Assembly: GCA_945836755.1 (NCBI GenBank)
Contig: CAMAMB010000007.1
Location: 1,828-65,827 of the forward strand
Direction of reading: 5' to 3'
Length of the DNA stretch: 64,000 nucleotides
DNA from: an uncultured Bacteroidales bacterium
GTDB lineage: Bacteria; Bacteroidota; Bacteroidia; Bacteroidales; Bacteroidaceae
Shown here: piece by piece, positions 49,273-57,412 of the stretch
Layout: every line of letters starts with the position of its first letter
How positions within the stretch are numbered: the stretch's first letter is position 1
Made by a program: the position numbers and the translations under genes
Notes under the pieces: generated by a model
What the model was told of the DNA's origin: nothing
Database searches by the model: none
The model's input: the letters and a program-made list of their open reading frames with translations, nothing else

Positions 49273-49554
49273 CTATGGGTTGTACATGTCCTTGTTGTAG
49301 AAGTCCATGATGTGCGTAAGCATCTCGAGATACTCGGCAGCCGGACCTTGGGGCGCGAGCCTGTCGGCTTGCGTGAAGAGGCTGATTGCCTCTCCCCAGC
49401 GTTGCCGCTTCATGGAAAGTCTGCCGCTCAGGAACAGATGTTCGGCGTCAGCCCCTGCCTCGCTTCCCCACTCGTGGAGCAGGTGATGCGCCGTGTCTAA
49501 CTGGTTGTGGTCGAGCGCTTCTATGATTAGCTGTGAACGACGGTCGTGGGGCAT
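49273..49554 (-). CDS. Small TPR protein
   Basis: G......W.EA...F..A..L.P..PA; C-terminal FYNKDMYNP typical of this Bacteroidales family. Confidence 0.8.
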   Translation of the reverse strand: MPHDRRSQLIIEALDHNQLDTAHHLLHEWGSEAGADAEHLFLSGRLSMKRQRWGEAISLFTQADRLAPQGPAAEYLEMLTHIMDFYNKDMYNP

Positions 49555-49619
49555 CGAAGGGGCTGGGATAAATGCCTGCGGAGCTAAGAGTTGTGTCCGT
49601 ATGTGCTGATTAAGCGAAA

Positions 49620-49627
49620 CAAATGTA
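49620..49627 (-). promoter_or_regulatory. -7 promoter element (TACATTTG) for the TPR-vor operon
   Basis: TAnnTTTG in the AT-rich gap upstream of the TPR gene. Confidence 0.55.
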
Positions 49628-49688
49628 CGTTTTTATTCTAATGATTGGTAGAACTCACGGATTATTTAGAGAAACTTAACCCCTGCAC

Positions 49689-51242
49689 CTAATGGCCTCC
49701 CGTAGCGGGGAAGGTGGTAGAGATGCCCTGTTCGCGGTGGCAGAGGCGTATCTCGATGCCATATTTTTGGTGAAGATGCTCTGCCAGGTGTTGGGCCGAG
49801 TACACGCTGCGGTGTTGGCCTCCGGTGCAGCCGAAGCTGAACATGAGGTCAGTGAACCCGCGGGCTATGTAGCGCTCTACGTGGGCGTCGGCCAGCTTGT
49901 AAACGCTCTTCAGAAAGGTGATTATCTCGCCGTCTTCCTCTAAAAATGTGATGACAGCCGCGTCAAGGCCTGTCAGCGCCTTGTAGGGCTCGTAGCGCCC
50001 GGGGTTGTGGGTGGAGCGGCAGTCGAAGACATAGCCTCCGCCATTGCCCGAGGTGTCGGCCGGTATGCCCTTCTTGTAACTGAAACTGAAGATGCGCACC
50101 GTCAGTGGCAACTTCTTGCCCGGCTCAGGGGTAGCCTCGGTGGTGGACGTGTGGCTGTGGGCCGTAGCCGGGGCCTCTGCCCGGGGATGCTCGTTAAAAT
50201 GCTTGACGAGCGTCTGAAGGGTGGTCTTGAGAGTGGGGTAGGGGGTCAGCAAAGGCGTGGCCAGCAGTTCGCTGAGGTTTTGGATGGCCAAGGGAATGCT
50301 GTCTAAGAAGTACTGCTTGCGCTCAAAGTAGCCCCGCAGCCCGTAAGCTCCCAGCACCTGCAGGGTGCGGAAGAGCACAAAGAGCTGGAGGCGGTTGAAG
50401 AAGTGGTCGCTGTCGTGGGGCTGGTAGCCCATGGAGGCGGCCACCTTATTCAGTTCGTCGAGATAGTCGTTGGCCAGTGTCATGCGTAGCTCGTGGGAGT
50501 AGCGGGCCGAGGCTTGCCAGAGGAAGGAGGCTACGTCGTAATAGATGGGCCCGCTCATGCCGCCCTGGAAGTCAATGAAGTATGGCATCAACCGGGCGGC
50601 TCCTCCCTCTTCGCTACGTACCTGTTTGAGCATGACGTTGCGGGCCTGGAAGTCGCGGTAGAGAAAGTGCTTGCCCTCTTCCTGTCCCACGAGGTCCTTG
50701 GCCAGCGTCTTGAAGTCGTCTTCTAAGCGCAGCTCGTTGTAGGGCACGTCGGTGGCTTTGAGGAAGCAGTATTTGAAGTAGTGCATGTCGAAGAGGGCCG
50801 CCTGCTCGTTGAAGACGGCCGGCTCCAGCAGGTAGTTCTCTTCGAGGTCTTGACCGCCTTTTATCTGTAGGTGGGGCAGTAGCCGTATGGTCTGGCTCAG
50901 CAGCTGCACCTCGGCGGGGCTGTAGAGATAGTTGTTCCTTCTCCCGGCCTCCAATGCCTGGTAGAGGGAGAGGTTGCCAAGGTCTTCCTGCAGGTAGCAT
51001 GTCTCGTCGTCGCTGAAGGCGTAGATGCGGGGGGTGGGAAGCCCTTTACGGGTGAAGTGGCTGGCTAAGTAGACAAAGCACTGGTTCTCTTCGATGGATG
51101 GGCCGATGACACCTATGACTGTCTGACCGTCAGCATGGTACATTCTGACATACTTGCGGTTGCTCCCTGCTTTGGGCAGGGGCTCGATGTGAGCCGGCTC
51201 ATGGCCGCACCATTCTATGAACAAGTCGATGAGGGCTTTCAT
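49689..51242 (-). CDS. APH/AmgK-like phosphotransferase fused to a RapZ C-terminal domain
   Basis: AGS.RKY.R, YRDFQARN, IDFQG; C-terminal SFSYKKGIP...VFDCR..NP, GCTGGQHRSV; start MKALID. Confidence 0.9.
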   Translation of the reverse strand: MKALIDLFIEWCGHEPAHIEPLPKAGSNRKYVRMYHADGQTVIGVIGPSIEENQCFVYLASHFTRKGLPTPRIYAFSDDETCYLQEDLGNLSLYQALEAGRRNNYLYSPAEVQLLSQTIRLLPHLQIKGGQDLEENYLLEPAVFNEQAALFDMHYFKYCFLKATDVPYNELRLEDDFKTLAKDLVGQEEGKHFLYRDFQARNVMLKQVRSEEGGAARLMPYFIDFQGGMSGPIYYDVASFLWQASARYSHELRMTLANDYLDELNKVAASMGYQPHDSDHFFNRLQLFVLFRTLQVLGAYGLRGYFERKQYFLDSIPLAIQNLSELLATPLLTPYPTLKTTLQTLVKHFNEHPRAEAPATAHSHTSTTEATPEPGKKLPLTVRIFSFSYKKGIPADTSGNGGGYVFDCRSTHNPGRYEPYKALTGLDAAVITFLEEDGEIITFLKSVYKLADAHVERYIARGFTDLMFSFGCTGGQHRSVYSAQHLAEHLHQKYGIEIRLCHREQGISTTFPATGGH

Positions 51243-51350
51243 GGATAGGGTTGAGAGTAAGGGTGGGGAGATGTGCGGGAGAGGGGGACGCGGATGGTCA
51301 GCTGCAAGGCCGCACTGTCCACCGGCAGCCAACGTGCAGCGTAGGTCTGG

Positions 51351-52097
51351 CTATCGCTTGGCTAAATACATGAGGTGTACAGCCACCAGGGCGGCCGTCT
51401 CTGTGCGCAGGCGGCTCTCGCCAAGGCTGATGGCGGTGAAGCCGTTTTGGAGGGCGGCCGTCACTTCTTCACTGCTGAAGTCGCCCTCAGGCCCTATGGC
51501 CACCACCGTGTCACGGTCGGCAGCTACGAGGTCGCCCAGGAAATTATGGGTGTTGAGCTTCAGATGCTGCTCCTCTTCAGTCGGAGGCAGACAGACGGCT
51601 ATGAAGCGCTGTAAGTCGCTGTCTGCCTGGAGCTTCAGGAAGTGGTCGAAGTTGGTCAGCTCGCTCACTTTGGGCTTCCGGCACTTGTGGCTCTGCTTCA
51701 TGGCGCTGATCACGATGCGCTCTAATCTGTCGGCCCTGACGCTGCGTCGCTCAGAGTTTTTGCAGTTGAGCAGGATGATTTCATCCACTCCTATCTCCGT
51801 GGCCTTTTCGGCGAGCCACTCCATGCGCTCCATCTGCTTGGTGGGCGCTACAGCCAGGACGATGCGGCTCTTCCAGCTCCGGGGTTCAGTCACACGATGG
51901 TCTACGTGGAAGGCACAGTCGTCGCGTGAAGTCATGGTGACGGTAGCATGGCATAGGCAGCCTTCCCCATCCGTGACCCACAACTCGTCGCCGGGCTTCA
52001 GCCGAAGCACTTTCACGGCATGACGGGCCTCCTCGGGAGGCAGTACTCCCGCAGCCAGACTTGCCCGGGGCGAGTAGAAGAGATGGGTTTCTTTCAT
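51351..52097 (-). CDS. rsmE: 16S rRNA m3U1498 methyltransferase
   Basis: H..KVLR, EKATEIGV, A.KQS, IGPEGDFS..E, LG..RLRTETA. Confidence 0.96.
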   Translation of the reverse strand: MKETHLFYSPRASLAAGVLPPEEARHAVKVLRLKPGDELWVTDGEGCLCHATVTMTSRDDCAFHVDHRVTEPRSWKSRIVLAVAPTKQMERMEWLAEKATEIGVDEIILLNCKNSERRSVRADRLERIVISAMKQSHKCRKPKVSELTNFDHFLKLQADSDLQRFIAVCLPPTEEEQHLKLNTHNFLGDLVAADRDTVVAIGPEGDFSSEEVTAALQNGFTAISLGESRLRTETAALVAVHLMYLAKR

Positions 52098-52741
52098 GAC
52101 AGGCGGTGGTTGATTTCGTCTCTGAAGAGTGAGGCCAGCTCATAGTTCTCGTTGGCCACGGCCTCTTCCATGGAGGCTTGCAGGAACTCGTCGGGGAGGC
52201 TGCCCAAGGGACAGCGGAAGCCGGTTTCCTTCGTGTCGTCGCTGATGGCCATGGCAGCCAGCAGGCTGATCTTGATGTGCAGGCGACACCCCGTCTCGTT
52301 GACAAGGGCCAAAGCCTCGGGCAAGTCGCAGCTCAGAGAGATGAACTTGCGCTCGCCGGTAAGGCTGGCCGGTGTGAGAAAGTCAATGAGAGCCTTCATC
52401 TCTCCATTCTTAGGTGGGAGAAGGCGGATGCCCACAAGGCGGAGAATGAGACGATCGGCCAGACGTAAGGCCAGGCTGCACACAGAGGCAGACCTTTCGT
52501 TGAGCAGCTTCATAATCTGCTTGTAGGTAGACCGGCTCACCACCACAGGCATTCGCTGCTGCATCTGCGGAGCAGAAAACAGCAACATACAGATGTCCGT
52601 CTTGCCGCTACCCTGGCTGGCAGCTACAAAGCGTATCTCGGTATAGGTGTCGTCGTAATAGTCCATAGTCATCAGCTTGTCTTGATTGGCGTCCCACGGC
52701 GCGGAGGTGAGAGCAGGGGGCAGATGGGGGTGTGCCTCCAT
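52094..52741 (-). CDS. Divergent bifunctional nuclease (DUF151)-like protein with C-terminal UVR (UvrB/C) motif
   Basis: C-terminal M..AV..ENYE.AS..RDEI; position upstream of rsmE; promoter at 52751-52758 implies a start at or after 52741. Confidence 0.6.
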   Translation of the reverse strand: MEAHPHLPPALTSAPWDANQDKLMTMDYYDDTYTEIRFVAASQGSGKTDICMLLFSAPQMQQRMPVVVSRSTYKQIMKLLNERSASVCSLALRLADRLILRLVGIRLLPPKNGEMKALIDFLTPASLTGERKFISLSCDLPEALALVNETGCRLHIKISLLAAMAISDDTKETGFRCPLGSLPDEFLQASMEEAVANENYELASLFRDEINHRLS

Positions 52742-52750
52742 TATCCGCCG

Positions 52751-52758
52751 CAAAGGTA
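52751..52758 (-). promoter_or_regulatory. -7 promoter element (TACCTTTG)
   Basis: TAnnTTTG 9 nt before ATG 52741. Confidence 0.6.
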
Positions 52759-52961
52759 GTGTTTTGATTTTGTACACTTGTCAGTTTGCAGCCCTTTTTC
52801 AGGACACAGTGTGCCACGAGGAGCAAGGCGTGGCCCTTAAAGGGCTGAGGCAGGCCCCACTCTTACGGTCGGCCGGCGTGCCGTCACTGGCAGCCATGAC
52901 GCTACAACAACCGGTCTGAGCCAACGCCATCATTCTCCCCTGTCTCCCCGCCTCACTCCAA

Positions 52962-53064
52962 TGCTTCTGGTTTCAACGGGGTTGCTCCCAGTTTCAACGG
53001 GGCTGCTCCCAGTTTTCACGGGGCTGCTCCCAGTTTTCACGGGGCTGCTCCCAGTTTCAACGGG
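52962..53064. repeat. 21-bp tandem array, ~5 x TGCTCCCAGTTTYMACGGGGC
   Basis: Units start 52962, 52983, 53004, 53025, 53046. Confidence 0.93.
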
Positions 53065-53378
53065 AAGCCTTTCGGTGTCTGCGAGCTACCTTTCGGCGAT
53101 GTGTAGAAGTGTCATGCACGATGGATGGCGGGTGGAAGGTGGTTTGTGTAAGGTGCGCTCAAGCCCTGCCCTATATGTGTTTATTTGCTCCATATAATCC
53201 TACACACCTTGCACACTATCTGCAAACATTTGATAATCATTTCGTTGTAATGGCAGATAGGACTCCTTCACCTGCCATGAATGCTACATCGACCGCCATG
53301 CGTCGTACTTATGGCGGTATTCCATCCCGGTCAACTGAGATTTTTTGTCACATGAAAGCTATTGTCACTATAATTAGT

Positions 53379-53386
53379 TATATTTG
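53379..53386 (+). promoter_or_regulatory. -7 promoter element (TATATTTG) for the polysaccharide locus
   Basis: TAnnTTTG in an AT-rich patch ~265 nt upstream of wecB. Confidence 0.6.
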
Positions 53387-53652
53387 CACGTCAATATCTT
53401 CAAAATTGGCACAACCAATAATTGTCCTTGTTAGAAGACAAGTGATTGCAATAGGCATTGGCTGTTTGCCCAGGCTTATTTGTCCTCGACAGGTTAGGAG
53501 CTTGCCGTCGCCGTAGGCGTACACTTATAATTCCCATTGCCCATTAGCTGAGCCGTTGCGAAGGCTTGGAAAGACGTTTATGTGTGGTCGGTGTCCTATA
53601 TGGCGAAGAGGTTATTCGATAGAGACTATTTGATACATTCTATATATAGACT

Positions 53653-54822
53653 ATGAAAACAGTCATGTTGGTGTTTGGAACCAGGCCGGAGGCTATCAAG
53701 ATGTGTCCACTGGTTAAGGAGTTCCAAAAGAACCCTGAGAAATTCAGAACTATCGTCTGTGTCACGGGTCAGCATCGTGAGATGTTGGATCTGGTGCTCC
53801 GGATATTTGAGGTGAAACCGGATTTTGACCTGGATATCATGAAACCGGGGCAGGATCTCACAGACGTAACCGCTCGTGTACTCGTGGGTATGCGTGATGT
53901 GTTTAAGAACTGTAAGCCCGATGTGGTGCTTGTGCATGGCGACACTACCACATCAACGGCTGCGGCCCTCGCGGCATTCTATGCTCAGATACCGGTTGGG
54001 CATGTAGAGGCAGGGCTGCGCACCCGCAATATCTATTCTCCCTGGCCGGAAGAGATGAATAGGCAGATAACCGGTCGGATTGCTACCTACAACTTCGCCC
54101 CAACCCCTCTGTCGGCCACGAACTTACAAGAAGAGAAAGCTCACGGTGAGATTTATGTGACAGGTAATACCGTCATAGATGCTTTACATACCGTAGTGAA
54201 TAAGCTCAAGACCGATGAAGCCCTCGCCTCAGAGCAGGTCAAGGTGCTCTTACAGGCTGGGTATGACGTGACCCGGCTCAGCGACGGCAAGAAGCTGGTC
54301 CTCATCACTGGGCATCGTCGTGAGAATTTTGGCGATGGCTTTATCCGTATGGTCACAGCGATGAAGGACCTCTCAGAGAAGTATCCGGAGGTGGATTTCG
54401 TCTATCCCATGCACCTTAACCCTAATGTGCGTAAGCCTATCCACGAGGTATTTGGCGCAGACCTCACTCGGCCCAATTTTTTCTTCATCGAACCGTTGCA
54501 GTATCTGGAGTTTGTCTACCTGATGAGCAAGTCTACCATTGTGCTGACAGACTCAGGCGGAATACAAGAGGAGGCCCCAAGTCTGGGGAAACCTGTCCTT
54601 GTGATGCGTGATACAACGGAGAGGCCGGAGGCCCTTGCCAGTGGCACGGTTCATCTCGTGGGTACAGACTACGACAAGATTGTCAATGAAGTCTCCACCC
54701 TCCTCGATAGCGAAGAGGCATATCGAAAGATGTCGCAAGCTGTCAACCCCTACGGCGACGGCAAGGCATGCTGGCGCATAGCAAGCGCGCTCAATGGGGA
54801 TGAAGTAGAAAGGTTCAGTTGA
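53653..54822 (+). CDS. wecB: UDP-GlcNAc 2-epimerase (non-hydrolysing)
   Basis: [50 protein letters not shown]. Confidence 0.97.
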   Translation: MKTVMLVFGTRPEAIKMCPLVKEFQKNPEKFRTIVCVTGQHREMLDLVLRIFEVKPDFDLDIMKPGQDLTDVTARVLVGMRDVFKNCKPDVVLVHGDTTTSTAAALAAFYAQIPVGHVEAGLRTRNIYSPWPEEMNRQITGRIATYNFAPTPLSATNLQEEKAHGEIYVTGNTVIDALHTVVNKLKTDEALASEQVKVLLQAGYDVTRLSDGKKLVLITGHRRENFGDGFIRMVTAMKDLSEKYPEVDFVYPMHLNPNVRKPIHEVFGADLTRPNFFFIEPLQYLEFVYLMSKSTIVLTDSGGIQEEAPSLGKPVLVMRDTTERPEALASGTVHLVGTDYDKIVNEVSTLLDSEEAYRKMSQAVNPYGDGKACWRIASALNGDEVERFS

Positions 54823-54823
54823 T

Positions 54824-55390
54824 ATGCATCACATTGACTTGTTTGTCCGATTTCTGTTTTTCTTGCCGGTTTGGCCTCTGTGCCTGATGGGCTACTATCA
54901 AAACAGGGATGTTGTTGACGCCGACCTGAAAGGAATTACCCCCCCTGGGTATAAAAATCTGATTATTACTCTGTTGCGGAATAAGGCATTTCGAAATGTG
55001 TTCTACTTCCGTATAGGTACATTAGGTAGAATTGCCAAACTCTATATGCGCGAGCAGGACTCCCTTCATATCATGACCCGTAAGATAGGAAAGGGGCTTA
55101 TAGTAGTTCATGGAGATAGCACATACATCAATGCTGCCGAAATTGGCGAACGATGCTACGTCAATCAGAATGTAACGATAGGCGTTATTGGAGACAAGAA
55201 ACCTATCATTGGTAATAATGTTCGCATTGCCACAGGAGCCATTGTACTTGGTGGAATTACCATCGGCGATAATGTGGTTATTGCAGCCGGCGCAGTGGTG
55301 GTCAAAAACGTCCCAGACAATTGTATGGTAGCAGGGAACCCTGCTTACATTAGAAGAATGAATGGCGAAAAGGTAAATATTAAATTGTAA
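54824..55390 (+). CDS. Serine-acetyltransferase-like hexapeptide O-acetyltransferase
   Basis: IG.G..V.HG, Q.VTIG, P.IGNNV.I..GA.VLG.I.IGDNV.I.AGAVV..VP, AGNPA. Confidence 0.88.
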   Translation: MHHIDLFVRFLFFLPVWPLCLMGYYQNRDVVDADLKGITPPGYKNLIITLLRNKAFRNVFYFRIGTLGRIAKLYMREQDSLHIMTRKIGKGLIVVHGDSTYINAAEIGERCYVNQNVTIGVIGDKKPIIGNNVRIATGAIVLGGITIGDNVVIAAGAVVVKNVPDNCMVAGNPAYIRRMNGEKVNIKL

Positions 55391-55402
55391 AACAAATAAC
55401 AA

Positions 55403-56629
55403 ATGGTTAACGTAATTGGTTTAGGCTACATCGGCCTTCCGACAGCTCTCATGATGGCATCCCACGGCGTGGAAGTCGTTGGTACAGACTATAACAAACA
55501 GCTCGTGGACACCCTCAACGCCGGACACACCACCTTCAAAGAAGATGGTCTGGATGAGCTCTTCCAGGCAGCGCTCAAAGCCGGCATCAAGTTTACTACT
55601 GAGTATCAGAAGACCGACCTCTATATTGTGTCCGTCCCCACTCCCTACGACAAGTTCTCCAAGAAAGTGGATGCCTGCTATGTAGTGGCAGCGGTGAAAG
55701 AAGTGATGAAGGTATGCCCCAAAGGCGCTACCGTCGTAGTGGAGTCTACCGTCAGCCCCGGCACCATTGACAAGTACGTGCGTCCCGTCATTGAAGAAAA
55801 TGGTTTCAAGATTGGCGAAGACATCAACTTGGTACACGCCCCCGAGCGCATCATCCCCGGCAACATGGTCTATGAGTTGCTCCATAACAACCGCACCATC
55901 GGCGCCGACTCCCGCGAAATCGGCGAGAAGGTGAAGCAATACTATGCCAGCTTCTGCCAGGGCGACATTGTGGTGACTGACATCCGCACCGCCGAGATGA
56001 CCAAGGTGGTCGAAAACACCTTCCGTGCTGTGAACATTGCCTTCGCTAACGAGCTTGCCCGCATCTGCCGTCACGACAACATGGACGTCTATGAAATCAT
56101 CAAGATATGCAACATGCATCCGCGTGTGAACATCCTCCAGCCCGGGCCCGGCGTGGGCGGTCACTGCATCAGCGTAGACCCGTGGTTCCTGGTCGGCGAC
56201 TATCCCCAGCTGGCAAAGGTTATTGACGAGTCCATGAAGACTAACGACAGCCAGCCAACCTTCGTGCTCAACCGCATCTATGAGATAATGAAGGAGAACG
56301 GCATCACTGACAACCGCAAGGTTGGTCTCTACGGTTTGACCTACAAAGAAAACGTGGATGACTATCGCGAGTCCCCCGCGCTTCAGATGTTAGAGGCACA
56401 GGAGCGTCATTTGGCACGCCCGCTTCGTTGCTATGACCCCTTCTTGGAGAACCACAAGATAGCCGAGAACCAGTACAGCAACTTCGACGAGTTCCTCGCC
56501 GACATGGACATGGTTGTCATCATGGTGAAGCACCAGCACATTCTTGAAAACGAAGCCCGCCTCAAGGGTAAGGTCGTTCTCGACTGCTGCAACGTGCTGC
56601 ATCAACTTGACAAGGTGTATCATATTTAA
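55403..56629 (+). CDS. UDP-N-acetylhexosamine dehydrogenase (WecC/WbpA-like)
   Basis: GLGYIGLP, VPTP, ESTV.PG, PER..PG, K..EN.FR.VNIA.ANE, GPGVGGHC, YK.NV.D.RESP. Confidence 0.93.
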   Translation: MVNVIGLGYIGLPTALMMASHGVEVVGTDYNKQLVDTLNAGHTTFKEDGLDELFQAALKAGIKFTTEYQKTDLYIVSVPTPYDKFSKKVDACYVVAAVKEVMKVCPKGATVVVESTVSPGTIDKYVRPVIEENGFKIGEDINLVHAPERIIPGNMVYELLHNNRTIGADSREIGEKVKQYYASFCQGDIVVTDIRTAEMTKVVENTFRAVNIAFANELARICRHDNMDVYEIIKICNMHPRVNILQPGPGVGGHCISVDPWFLVGDYPQLAKVIDESMKTNDSQPTFVLNRIYEIMKENGITDNRKVGLYGLTYKENVDDYRESPALQMLEAQERHLARPLRCYDPFLENHKIAENQYSNFDEFLADMDMVVIMVKHQHILENEARLKGKVVLDCCNVLHQLDKVYHI

Positions 56630-56796
56630 AAGATGCACCATCTTTAATGGCCACGTCTCATGGCGTCATATGGACCGTATTGGCTCTACATTCATATGCC
56701 GGTTAGCACATATCTGTGCTAACCGGAAAATGGTTTGTGGGTTACGCCACACAATTGGCCCAACATAGAAGGATTTCGAATATATCATAAAGCGAA

Positions 56797-57411
56797 ATGA
56801 TTAGCTCCATCAAGTCTCTGATTAAGAACTGATCCCCTTTTATAACTCGTATGTGAAGTCGCGACAGTCAACCATTCACAATCAGACCTACTGGGGATAC
56901 GTATCTTTTAGATTATCAGGATATTGAAGTCGGGGGGGGATATTCCCCGGTCCATCGTACCTGTACGATATCCAATATCCGGAAGATTTATGTAGGTATT
57001 AATTCAACCATAGCACGTCCTGGGTGTTACCTACAAGGCGCAGGCACTATCCGTTTTGGTGACTATGTGCAGCTTGCTCCAAATGTAGGTATCTTGAGCG
57101 CAAACCATGATCTGTACGATCAGCGCAGGTACAATGTAGCGCCGATAGTCATAGGTGATTACTCATGGATAGGAATGAATAGCATTGTGACAGCCGGCGT
57201 TTCACTTGGCCCTCGAACCATCGTCGCTGCGGGCGCCGTTGTGACACATAGTTTCCCGGAAGGATTTTGTGTCTTAGCCGGCGTTCCTGCCAAGGTCGTC
57301 AAATATTTAGACAAGGACAAGTTTGTCCCTTGGCGCTATGATCAGGAGTATTATGGCTATATACCCAAGGAAAAATTTAAGGCTGTGCGCAAGAAGTATA
57401 TAGATATTTAG
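56797..57411 (+). pseudogene. Disrupted hexapeptide-repeat acyltransferase
   Basis: ATG 56797 reads MISSIKSLIKN-stop; a plausible continuation (LIPFYNSYVKSRQ...YVSFRLSGY) lies in another frame and ends at TGA 56925; after a G8 run (56932-56939) the first frame reads YSPVHRTCTISN...GCYLQGAG.IRFGDYVQLAPNVGILSANHD...IGDYSWIG...AGVPAK. Confidence 0.75.
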
Positions 57412-57412
57412 A

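Noticed and set aside
45241-52741. Switch from C-rich to G-rich + strand as a replication origin or terminus
   Set aside because: The skew follows gene orientation (C-ending codons on the coding strand), so it reflects coding bias.
52961-53197. ORFs with repeated peptides (TGLLPVS; also 36536-36796, 36697-36909, 25574-25910, 10652-11011)
   Set aside because: These are translations of the DNA arrays; 22-bp units shift frame every copy, so a coding role is unlikely.
53200-53400. Invertible promoter for the polysaccharide locus
   Set aside because: I could not find convincing inverted repeats bracketing the -7 box, and no recombinase is in the window.
53109-53516. 135-aa ORF upstream of wecB as a possible UpxY
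   Set aside because: No NusG/KOW-like motifs and it spans the promoter region.
56646-56706. Short ORF MATSHGVIW... resembling the WecC N-terminal MASHGV
   Set aside because: Match too short and does not extend; likely chance.
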